Below, in pieces: positions 49,756 to 56,926 of a DNA stretch of 64,000 nucleotides. The notes below the pieces were generated by a model. It saw only the letters and a list, made by a program, of their open reading frames with translations. It searched no databases and had not been told where the DNA came from. The position numbers and the translations under genes were made by a program. Each line of letters opens with the position of its first letter. Positions within the stretch are counted from its first letter, which is position 1. The DNA lies in IMG/VR virus record IMGVR_UViG_3300033143_006101, positions 188,877 to 252,876 of that record. The stretch is one strand, 5' to 3'.

Positions 49756-49839
49756 GGTGCAGTTGAGCAGTGTGGTGTGCTTAGCAGGCTGTAAACCTGT
49801 GCTCATTTGAGATTAGTGGTTCGATTCCACTCTGCACCA
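49756..49839 (+). tRNA. tRNA-Tyr(GTA)
   Basis: GGTGCAG/CTGCACC, gcagg-ctGTAaa-cctgt, variable arm. Confidence 0.93.
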
Positions 49840-49918
49840 ATTTTAAAATCTATTTGAATCTTAAAAGTGATTGATAAATTACTACTCTTTAAATAAGAGT
49901 TACATAGGAGGTTCGAAT

Positions 49919-50178
49919 ATGAAATGTGAAAATTGCAACAACGAGCACGATGGTTCTTATGGTTCTGGTAGATTCTGCTCTGAAAAATGTGCTAGAGGAT
50001 TTTCTACGACGGTAATTCAAAGAATAACAAAGAAGAGAACCTGGAACTAATTTGTCCTAATTGTCATTCCTTGACTGTAAATTATGGTTCTTTAAACATG
50101 GGTAATGGTAGAAAATATTATAGGGATTTAAAAAGAAAACAAGCAGGTGTAGCTCAGATTGGGAGAGCACAAGACTGA
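49919..50178 (+). pseudogene. HNH endonuclease remnant (internal deletion/frameshift) running into tRNA-Phe
   Basis: MKCENCNNEHDGSYGSGRFCSEKCARGFST, then in another frame DGNSKNNKEENLELICPNCHS...KQAGVAQIGRAQD*. Confidence 0.7.
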
Positions 50179-50216
50179 AAATCTTGGTGTCGTCGGTCCG
50201 ATTCCGACCATCTGCA
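50143..50216 (+). tRNA. tRNA-Phe(GAA)
   Basis: caaga-ctGAAaa-tcttg; T-loop TCCGATT. Confidence 0.92.
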
Positions 50217-50296
50217 TATAATAGGACAAAAATCGGGGCATTTTGTCCCGATTTTTGTCCCGATTCAAATAAAATGTAATTTTTTGCAAAAAAAAG

Positions 50297-50327
50297 TGTA
50301 AAATTATGTCTAGTTATACTTTATATA
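50297..50327 (+). promoter_or_regulatory. TGTAAA-N16-CTTTATATA promoter-like motif inside the tRNA island
   Basis: Closely similar, including flanks, to the element upstream of parB. Confidence 0.6.
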
Positions 50328-50358
50328 AGTAGGGCATAAAAAGTAAAGGTTATAATAT

Positions 50359-50775
50359 ATGTCGTATAAAAATAAGCAAAGGCAATTAGAATACCAACGA
50401 AACTGGATGAGGAAAAGAAGAAATATGTTTTTTTCAGGTAAAGTTTGTGCGAAATGTGGGTCTTCAAAAAAATTGGTATTACATCATATAAATCCAGAAG
50501 AAAAAGAAAGTCATTATGTTTGGTCGTGGTCAGAAAAACGAAGAGAAGCAGAGCTTAAAAAATGTGTTGTTTGGTGCGAAAAGTGTCATATTGAATATCA
50601 TACAAATAAACGGAGATTAAAAAATATACATGGTACACGTACTGGATATAATAAGTATAAATGTCGTTGCGATGCTTGTATACAAGCTAATAGCCTATAT
50701 CAAAAACAATGGCGTAATCAAAAACAATTAGCTGGCGTTGTGTCCGAACTGGTTAGGTCATCGATTGCAACTTGA
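50359..50775 (+). CDS. HNH endonuclease (paralogue of 52502-52885); stop lies inside tRNA-Cys
   Basis: CAKCGS..LVLHHINP..K...ELKKCVVWCEKCH; HGTRTGY..CRC..C. Confidence 0.8.
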   Translation: MSYKNKQRQLEYQRNWMRKRRNMFFSGKVCAKCGSSKKLVLHHINPEEKESHYVWSWSEKRREAELKKCVVWCEKCHIEYHTNKRRLKNIHGTRTGYNKYKCRCDACIQANSLYQKQWRNQKQLAGVVSELVRSSIAT

Positions 50776-50805
50776 TATATGCAGGTTCGAATCCTGTCAA
50801 CGCCT
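50734..50805 (+). tRNA. tRNA-Cys(GCA)
   Basis: GGCGTTG/CAACGCC, U73, ttGCAac loop. Confidence 0.92.
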
Positions 50806-50811
50806 AATAAA

Positions 50812-50884
50812 ACTCCCAGAGTTCGACTGGCTGAACGCCTGTGTTACAAGCAGGTATGTCTTGGTTCAAATCCAAGTGGGAGTA
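50812..50884 (+). tRNA. tRNA-Val(TAC)
   Basis: ACTCCCA/TGGGAGT, cctgt-gtTACaa-gcagg; atypical G8 and G32. Confidence 0.85.
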
Positions 50885-50898
50885 ATAAGGAGAATAAT

Positions 50899-51486
50899 AT
50901 GTTTGAATTACAAGATTATTTAAAAAAATACGAAGATTTTAATGTAATAGATACAGATGCTTATTGTATTACAAAATCTAATATGAAAGATCAATTAAGT
51001 CATTGGGGTGCAGAAGAGATTGCTGAAAGATCATTTATTAATGCTCTTTGGATTACTTGTTCAGAATCCGGAAAGATAATATCATCAGATAATTTTGCAG
51101 AAACTGGACTAAAACATTTATTAGAAGCTGTACAATACGAAGTAGAAAAGAAGAGGAGACTTGTAGATGCTTTTCTTTTTAATAGAGCAATGTTAGGTAA
51201 CATGAAACATTATGTAAATGCTATTGATTTTGATCCTATAACGGACAAGGATAAATTAGTAACGGAGGGTATTTTTGGTAGTTTGTGGGGAGTAAATATA
51301 ACAATAATTACTACAATACCTCATAAAACTATTTTTTCAATAGAAGCTAAAAATACTTTAGGCTATTATCGAGTAGAAGGAGATATATTAGAAATAGGAA
51401 TTAATCCAGATGCAGTAGCAGTAGCAACTAAGAAAAAGTATATAAGGTCTAAGTTAGAACCTTTACCTTTAAACCTTGAAGAATAA
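50899..51486 (+). CDS. Truncated paralogue of the major capsid protein (195 aa)
   Basis: LEAVQYEVEKKRRLVDAFLFNRAMLGNMKHYVNAIDFDPIT...GIFGSLWGVNI vs MCP LETLQYEVERHRLLVDKFIMNRAELGDLKKNINAIDYDPIT...GIFGSIWGVNI. Confidence 0.85.
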   Translation: MFELQDYLKKYEDFNVIDTDAYCITKSNMKDQLSHWGAEEIAERSFINALWITCSESGKIISSDNFAETGLKHLLEAVQYEVEKKRRLVDAFLFNRAMLGNMKHYVNAIDFDPITDKDKLVTEGIFGSLWGVNITIITTIPHKTIFSIEAKNTLGYYRVEGDILEIGINPDAVAVATKKKYIRSKLEPLPLNLEE

Positions 51487-51487
51487 T

Positions 51488-51560
51488 GGGAGCGTAGCTC
51501 AATTGGGAGAGCGTCTGCCTTGCACGCAGAAGGTCGCGAGTTCGACTCTCGCCGCCTCCA
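51488..51560 (+). tRNA. tRNA-Ala(TGC)
   Basis: G3:U70, tctgc-ctTGCac-gcaga. Confidence 0.95.
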
Positions 51561-51581
51561 ATGGATCCATTAAGTTAGATC

Positions 51582-51654
51582 CCCCTTCTCTACACCAAGA
51601 ATGCTAAAATATGAGGGGCTATGAGTAGAGAACGGGTATTAATAGCCCCTCATA
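51582..51654 (+). ncRNA. Pseudoknot/switch element upstream of a small membrane-peptide gene
   Basis: 13-bp stem 51610-51622/51642-51654; loop GTAGAGAA is complementary to TTCTCTAC at 51586-51593. Confidence 0.55.
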
Positions 51655-51695
51655 AATAAGATGATATGAAGTAATCCACTATCAGGAGGTATACC

Positions 51696-51836
51696 ATGTC
51701 ATCTTGTAACAAATTATTAACCACTGCATTATGGATGATTGCAGGGTGTCTCATAGCGATACTTTTAACCTTGTTCACTTTTATGAACAAGATGGATTTA
51801 ATACTTCAAACATTAAAAAGTATGGCTGTTCTTTAA
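51696..51836 (+). CDS. 46-aa single-TM hydrophobic peptide
   Basis: AGGAGG RBS; MSSCNKLLTTALWMIAGCLIAILLTLFTFMNKMDLILQTLKSMAVL*. Confidence 0.6.
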   Translation: MSSCNKLLTTALWMIAGCLIAILLTLFTFMNKMDLILQTLKSMAVL

Positions 51837-51840
51837 AGAC

Positions 51841-51979
51841 GGGGGAGTGCAGGCCAATGGTTGGCCATCTGATTTTGGGTCAGACAAAGCACTGCATTAA
51901 AGCTGTATCAACTTGAACCTTTTAGGTTCCATAAGAAACCAGCGTACAAGCATATCGGTTCGATTCCGACTCTCCCCCA
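51841..51979 (+). tRNA. tRNA-like gene 1 (TTG anticodon) with ~70-nt variable-loop module
   Basis: GGGGGAG/CTCCCCC, ggcc/ggcc D stem, tctga-ttTTGgg-tcaga, GGTTCGATTCC; insert 51885-51954. Confidence 0.8.
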
Positions 51980-51981
51980 CA

Positions 51982-52194
51982 TGGCTCAACTGGTATAGCC
52001 AATCAGTTAAACGCAGAGATAACAGGCTCCTTTGAAAAAAACATGAGAGTCTCTGACAAAGGAAAGTTGATCACTAAACCTTGATACAAATCGCATGCGT
52101 GTATCTGCCTTCCAGGAAAGACTGGTTTACCCTATGCTTTCATCGGCATCGCCTTCATCGGCGTGATAGGGGTTGACAGCTCGGAAAGACGGGC
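51982..52194 (+). ncRNA. ~210-nt multi-pseudoknot structured RNA candidate
   Basis: Two H-type pseudoknots, twin TTCATC-loop hairpins, two GGAAAGAC hairpins, no ORF of 60 aa or more. Confidence 0.65.
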
Positions 52195-52199
52195 AACAC

Positions 52200-52342
52200 G
52201 GCGAAGTAGCCAAGTTGGGTAAAGGCACTAGAATTGAAATCTAGCTAACAGCAGACTAACTAAATTAACTTGAACTCAGAAGAGTTCCCCATAACTTAGT
52301 TTACAAGCAAAATTATCGATGGTTCGAGTCCATCCTTCGCCA
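52200..52342 (+). tRNA. tRNA-like gene 2 (TGA anticodon) with 73-nt variable-loop module
   Basis: GGCGAAG/CTTCGCC, ctaga-atTGAaa-tctag, gatgg-TTCGAGT-ccatc; insert 52245-52317. Confidence 0.8.
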
Positions 52343-52344
52343 AT

Positions 52345-52481
52345 GCCCGAGAAGCTCATGGAGAGCACTTTTTCTACTAAAAAAGAGGTAACAATTCTTT
52401 TGGGTTATTTCAACTTGAACTCTTTAGAGTTCCATCGGAACTAACTTACAAGCATTTGCCGTTCGATTCGGCACTCGGGCT
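52345..52481 (+). tRNA. tRNA-like gene 3 (ambiguous ACT / 8-nt loop) with 71-nt variable-loop module
   Basis: GCCCGAG/CTCGGGC, 5-nt D-loop, ctttt-tctactaa-aaaag, tgccg-TTCGATT-cggca; insert 52386-52456. Confidence 0.75.
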
Positions 52482-52501
52482 CATAAAATTTTAGAGGGTT
52501 T

Positions 52502-52885
52502 ATGCCATACAAGGATAAGGAGAAGCAATCAGAGTATCAGTTGCAATGGATGAAAGCTAGAAGAAATGCTTTCTTTAATGGCAAGTGTTGTAAAAAATGT
52601 GGGTCTATGTTTAACTTAGTCTTACACCATAAAAACCCAGCCGAGAAAGAAGATCATAGGATATGGTCGTGGTCGGAAGAAAGAAGAAATGCAGAACTTA
52701 AAAAATGTGTTGTTTGGTGTTTATCATGTCACATAGAACATCATGCTGATAGACTGAGATTAAAAGAAATACACGGCACAAGAACTGGTTATAAGAATTA
52801 TGGGTGTCGATGTAAAAAATGCACACAAGCAAATACGGTTTACATAAGAAATTGGAATAGAAGAAAAAAAGGGGTATTCGTCTAG
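52502..52885 (+). CDS. HNH endonuclease; stop lies inside tRNA-Glu
   Basis: CKKCGS..LVLHHKNP...ELKKCVVWCLSCH. Confidence 0.8.
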   Translation: MPYKDKEKQSEYQLQWMKARRNAFFNGKCCKKCGSMFNLVLHHKNPAEKEDHRIWSWSEERRNAELKKCVVWCLSCHIEHHADRLRLKEIHGTRTGYKNYGCRCKKCTQANTVYIRNWNRRKKGVFV

Positions 52886-52943
52886 TGGACTAGGACATCG
52901 GGTTTTCAATCCGACAACAGGAGTTCAATTCTCCTATACCCTA
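52871..52943 (+). tRNA. tRNA-Glu(TTC)
   Basis: tcggg-ttTTCaa-tccga; GTCTAGTGG..AGGAC D arm. Confidence 0.93.
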
Positions 52944-52956
52944 ATAAGGAGACAAT

Positions 52957-53613
52957 ATGAAACCAAGTGATGCAGGCATAGCAAACTCATTACATTTTAC
53001 GAGTAAAGATTATCCTGAAGAGGTGAAGAAGAATTTTCTTACTATCACCTAGGATGGGAAAAGAGGCAGACCAAAGTTTCCTGAAAGGACTTGTTCACGA
53101 TGTGAAAAGATTACTGAGAGGAAAAACAAATCCGGGATGTGTCAAAAATGTTTAAAACTTACTAACAAAGAAAGAAGAGAGGAAGAAAAAGCAGCTGAGC
53201 CTAAGTATAACTGTAAAGAATGCACTGCACCGATTACCAGGCATAGTAAATCAGGATTGTGTCAGACATGTTTTAGTTTAACTCGTACCAAGATGCCAAC
53301 AGAGGAAGTACTCGAAGAAGATGTTAAAAAATTAAGCGTAATAGCAATGAGTAAAAAGTATGGGGTATCTGATGCAACCATAAACAAATGGATGAGGCTT
53401 TATGGAATAAAAAGAGTACTTTCTTGGCGTAGGACATTGCCATCCGAAGAACAGCTTAAAAAAGATTTAGTGGATCTGCGGTATGACGATATAGCAAAGA
53501 AGTATAACGCAACAAAAAACCAAATTAACAAATGGATAAAGCATTACAATCTACAAGGCTATAAAAAGATTTTAAGAATAGAGGGAAAGAAAAACGAAAA
53601 CAATAAAGGGTGA
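52957..53613 (+). CDS. Zn-finger/HTH protein interrupted by an in-frame TAG at 53050-53052
   Basis: AAGGAG RBS and ATG 52957 are in frame with ORF 53137; a repeated CxxC...KSGxCQxC unit spans the predicted start. Confidence 0.55.
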
Positions 53614-54055
53614 TTTAATCAAGTTAGCATTGGAAGGGCACTTCGATGTTATTATTCATGGATGTAATTGTTATCGTACCATGGGTAAAGGTATTGCAAG
53701 TACTATTAAACGAGTTTTTCCTGAAGCATACACAGCCGATAGAGAAACACGTGCCGGAGCCAGCAAGCTTGGTACTTTTTCTCATGCTACAGTCGTAAGA
53801 CCAAAGGGAAGAATAACTATTGTAAATGCATACACACAAGACAGATTTAATCCTAAATACAGTAAAGGAAAAAGCATGGCTGATTACCGGGCAATAACTG
53901 ATGTAATGAAAAGCATCAAAGTGGCATTTCACGGATTTAGAATTGGTTATCCTAAAATAGGAGCAGGGCTTGCTCGTGGTGATTGGAATAAAATATCTGA
54001 AATTATTGATAGAGAGTTGGAAGGAGAAGATCACACGTTGGTAGTATTACCATAA
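53594..54055 (+). CDS. Macrodomain (ADP-ribose/Appr-1''-p processing) protein, apparent ACG start
   Basis: KTIKGDLI...IIHGCNC..TMGKGIA, VNAYTQ, YPKIGAGLARGDW. Confidence 0.85.
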   Translation, partial: TKTIKGDLIKLALEGHFDVIIHGCNCYRTMGKGIASTIKRVFPEAYTADRETRAGASKLGTFSHATVVRPKGRITIVNAYTQDRFNPKYSKGKSMADYRAITDVMKSIKVAFHGFRIGYPKIGAGLARGDWNKISEIIDRELEGEDHTLVVLP

Positions 54056-54060
54056 AATAC

Positions 54061-54135
54061 AGAGGCATAGCATAGTTTGGTCAAATGCAGCGGGTTTTGA
54101 TCCCGTGATCTCAAGTTCAAATCTTGATGCCTCTA
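54061..54135 (+). tRNA. tRNA-Gln(TTG)
   Basis: AGAGGCA/TGCCTCT, gcggg-ttTTGat-cccgt. Confidence 0.92.
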
Positions 54136-54754
54136 ATAAAGGAGATAGATGTGGGTGAAGAGCATAAAGATTGTGATTGTGGTGGTGATGAAGATGATTG
54201 TGTTTGTGACAATGATGATGATATAATTATACTAGATGATGAAGAAGACATAGAGAAAATAAGCACTCCAAGTATAAATAATTTGTTAGAAACAATAATT
54301 AAAGAATTACAGACTATGAATACTAAAATAGAAAAGATTAATAATAAATTAAAAGCATTAAGTGATAGGGTAGACGAAATTTATATGGATGGTTTTTGAT
54401 ATGGGAAATTAAGATGAAACCAAATGATGTATTAAAATGGGATCCACATTGGGTTAAATATAGTGACCCCAATAAAGATAGATTAGTCAGTTTAAAAGTA
54501 ACACATCTTCGGACAGAGACTTCTGTAGAAGTACGAAATTATGCATCAGGTTTAGATTATACTGTCACAATGGATTTTTTAAAAGATCGATTACATGTAC
54601 TGACCGATTACACAGATGGAAAAAGAATGTAAGTGTGGAGCCATGATGCTCCATATAACATTTGCTAACAAAGCAAAGTTAGCAGTATATCATTGCAAGA
54701 AGTGTGGAAGAACAGTCACAGAACCATTAAATGAAACTATAAAGAGGATATAAT

Positions 54755-55864
54755 ATGAAAGCACCACCAAAGAAAAAAACAACAGGTAAAGGTAAAACAG
54801 CAAGTAAAAATGCCCCTAAGAGAAAACCAGTAGAAAGAGAAGAAATTTCAAAGGTTGAAGAGATATTCTCAGAGGACAATGCTCGTATAAGATTCGGGGT
54901 AGAATGTGTACCAGCGATTAAGGTACGAATGCAATCAGATCCAAATTCTTTTGCCCATTTGTTTCATAGTTATATATTAGAGCAAGGGCAGATAGGATGC
55001 CATAACTTACACCCACCAAGAAAAATTCTTTACCTGGAAGATAAACAAGAAGGTCCTGAGAGTTTAGGTACTCGAGTAGATATTAGTAATAAAACTTCAA
55101 GGGTTTTTCCCAGTGAATATGTTATAGCCATAACTGTGGATATACCCCTATCAGAAATAGCGATTCGTACCAAGATAGACATACTCCATAAAGAGCTTGT
55201 TGATACAGCTTCTTCAAAATTAAACAGGAATATAGCTACGAATTGGCTCAAGCTTCTTTATGCCTCTGCACTGGTTAATAAAAATATTAAAACTCTAAGA
55301 AGCTTCTGGAGGAACATCCCAGTTATTCGTTGGAAAGTTCTTTTTAGTTTAATCACTAAAGCGAGAAGTAAAATTCATCAAAGGGGGTACCAGACATTGG
55401 TATTTTTAGTTCACCCGGCAACACTTGCGGAATTGGAACTATTTCTTGGAGGCCATCTAAGAGTAACTTCAACCAGTTTTCCATATGTTAAACAATCAAT
55501 ATATGTTCCGGAAGGGTTTGTGCTTATATTTCCCAATGATAGGACTATGGCTGCAAAGAATATACGAATAGATTTGACTGCGTTTGGGGCTAATAAGTTT
55601 GTTATGGGATCAGCTACCTTTGGGTTTATGTTTGTACAGTCTGAGTCCTCTGTTATTCTTGATCCCGAATCCGTAGTTTGTATTAGAATGAGTAATTTTA
55701 AAATTCCTGGTTATCTAAAAGAAATTAAGTCTTATCTGATGCCTACGGTTTTTTCTAAGCTAAAAGAGAAAAGCATAAAGCTGTGGGGAAAAGTTAAGAA
55801 GTTAAAGAATAAGATAATGAATAGGATAAAGAAGTTTAGGAAGAAAAATGCTGGAATCGCATAG
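54755..55864 (+). CDS. Divergent full-length paralogue of the major capsid protein with Lys-rich termini
   Basis: RIRFGVECVP/QGQI/RVFPSEY/SEIAIR/VPEG/IRIDLT..ANKF..FGFMFV..DPESV align in order with MCP RLRFGAEMIP/QGQI/RIFPPEF/SEIATR/VPEG/IRVDLT..ADQF..YGWLFV..NPRSV. Confidence 0.85.
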   Translation: MKAPPKKKTTGKGKTASKNAPKRKPVEREEISKVEEIFSEDNARIRFGVECVPAIKVRMQSDPNSFAHLFHSYILEQGQIGCHNLHPPRKILYLEDKQEGPESLGTRVDISNKTSRVFPSEYVIAITVDIPLSEIAIRTKIDILHKELVDTASSKLNRNIATNWLKLLYASALVNKNIKTLRSFWRNIPVIRWKVLFSLITKARSKIHQRGYQTLVFLVHPATLAELELFLGGHLRVTSTSFPYVKQSIYVPEGFVLIFPNDRTMAAKNIRIDLTAFGANKFVMGSATFGFMFVQSESSVILDPESVVCIRMSNFKIPGYLKEIKSYLMPTVFSKLKEKSIKLWGKVKKLKNKIMNRIKKFRKKNAGIA

Positions 55865-55933
55865 AGGTCGAGTGCACCTGCCTTGTAAGCAGGAGGGTAA
55901 ACCCCCGCGTCAGTTCAAATCTGACTTCCAGCT
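55850..55933 (+). tRNA. tRNA-Thr(TGT) with long variable arm
   Basis: GCTGGAA/TTCCAGC, cctgc-ctTGTaa-gcagg, 15-nt variable region with a GGG-taaa-CCC stem. Confidence 0.9.
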
Positions 55934-55939
55934 CATAAA

Positions 55940-56372
55940 GCAAAATGCAGATACTGCTTTAGGAAGTTAGAGATACTTCTAAAAAACTCCGTACATACTA
56001 CGATAGTGTATGGGTGCTCTTTCTGCTGAGATCCTTATGGGAGTAGAATCACTAGGAGGCGAGACTGGTGAAAAACTAAAAACCGCCAGAAGACTAAAAA
56101 TGCTGCATCGTTTTTAGTCTGAGGTGCTTGATGGCGAAAGTTAGACGCTGAGTAAGGGCGGAAACGTCAAGAAAGCCGAGGTTGTGATATTAGCAACGAG
56201 CATATGGGTATCAAATCCCATTCAAGCACATCTCTGTTCGGATCGTTGGTCACTGTTTGGGTAGAATCCTTCTGAGATACCGTAATTCGATCTTTATGCC
56301 CAACATTGTGCATGCAGAGTAATCCTCGGACCGAATGTACCCCTTAAGGAAGGAGCTAAGGTTTGGGGTATT
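55940..56372 (+). ncRNA. ~430-nt structured RNA candidate containing a tRNA-like domain without an anticodon arm
   Basis: ORF-free, GC-enriched, serial hairpins; tRNA-like domain at 56124-56230. Confidence 0.65.
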
Positions 56373-56391
56373 TAATTGAAGGTATAATTAA

Positions 56392-56852
56392 ATGATAAAA
56401 AGATGGAAAGATAACGATATACTTATTATGAAAAGTATGATTAATGAAAAGACAAGCCCAGAAATTGCAGAGATATTTGAAACTTCTACTAAAGCAATTA
56501 ATAGTTTATTCACAAGAAGAAAAATTATTCGAAATAAAGAAATATCAAAAGAGCATGTTAGAAAAAGTTTGATAAAAAGAAATAAAAAAAATTATGGGGA
56601 TAAAAATGGTAACTGGAAAGGAGGAATATCAAAAAATAATTATCATTACAAAAAATTACAAATTGAAAAATTTCCAGAGAGAGAGTAAAGGCACGAGGTA
56701 AAGTGCATAAAGCAATTAAAAGCGGAAAGTTAAAAAGAAAACCATGTGAAATTTGTAATTCAAAAGATGTGCAGGCACATCATAATGATTATTCTAAACC
56801 ACTAGAGGTTAAATGGTTTTGTAGAAAACATCATAGAGAGTATGAACAATAG
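56392..56852 (+). pseudogene. HNH-type endonuclease frameshifted in an (AG)5 run; stop overlaps +1 of tRNA-Asp
   Basis: GDKNGNWKGG...FPER, then in another frame VKARGKVHKAIKSGKLKRKPCEIC...AHHNDYSKPLEVKWFCRKHH. Confidence 0.75.
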
Positions 56853-56923
56853 GAGCTTTAGTTTACTTGGGAAAACACTACCCTGTCACGGTAGAGTAAG
56901 GAGATCGAAACTCCTAAGCTCCG
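56852..56923 (+). tRNA. tRNA-Asp(GTC)
   Basis: GGAGCTT/AAGCTCC, ctacc-ctGTCac-ggtag; T-loop ATCGAAA. Confidence 0.92.
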
Positions 56924-56926
56924 AAT

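Noticed and set aside
49714-50266. Hairpins TGTAACC-tcaa-GGTTACA (~49724) and GGACAAAAATCGGG/CCCGATTTTTGTCC (~50223) as MITE/REP elements
   Set aside because: Single copies each with no target duplications; may be processing or termination hairpins but cannot be assigned.
50779-50898. N-terminal 40 aa of the ORF-track protein 50779-51486
   Set aside because: It overlaps tRNA-Cys and tRNA-Val; the real start is the AAGGAG-linked ATG at 50899.
50086-51837. boxA-like antitermination sites (GGTTCTTTAAACA at 50086, TGTTCTTTAAA at 51827)
   Set aside because: Short AT-rich imperfect matches inside coding remnants; expected by chance in this genome.
51982-52083. tmRNA: pseudoknot followed by a TAAAC-GCA / ATAACA-GGC resume-like context
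   Set aside because: No G3:U70 tRNA-like domain flanks it, and the reading frame ends LITKP rather than an ALAA-type tag.
52345-52481. Pyrrolysine tRNA (5-nt D-loop, CUA in the anticodon loop)
   Set aside because: CUA is not centred in a 7-nt loop, the variable region is huge rather than 3 nt, the T-loop is standard TTCGA, and no pyl genes are in the window.
56085-56122. Group I intron core (AGACTA / TAGTC resembling P7)
   Set aside because: The two strands close a local hairpin with no room for P3/P8, and the flanking tRNAs are uninterrupted.
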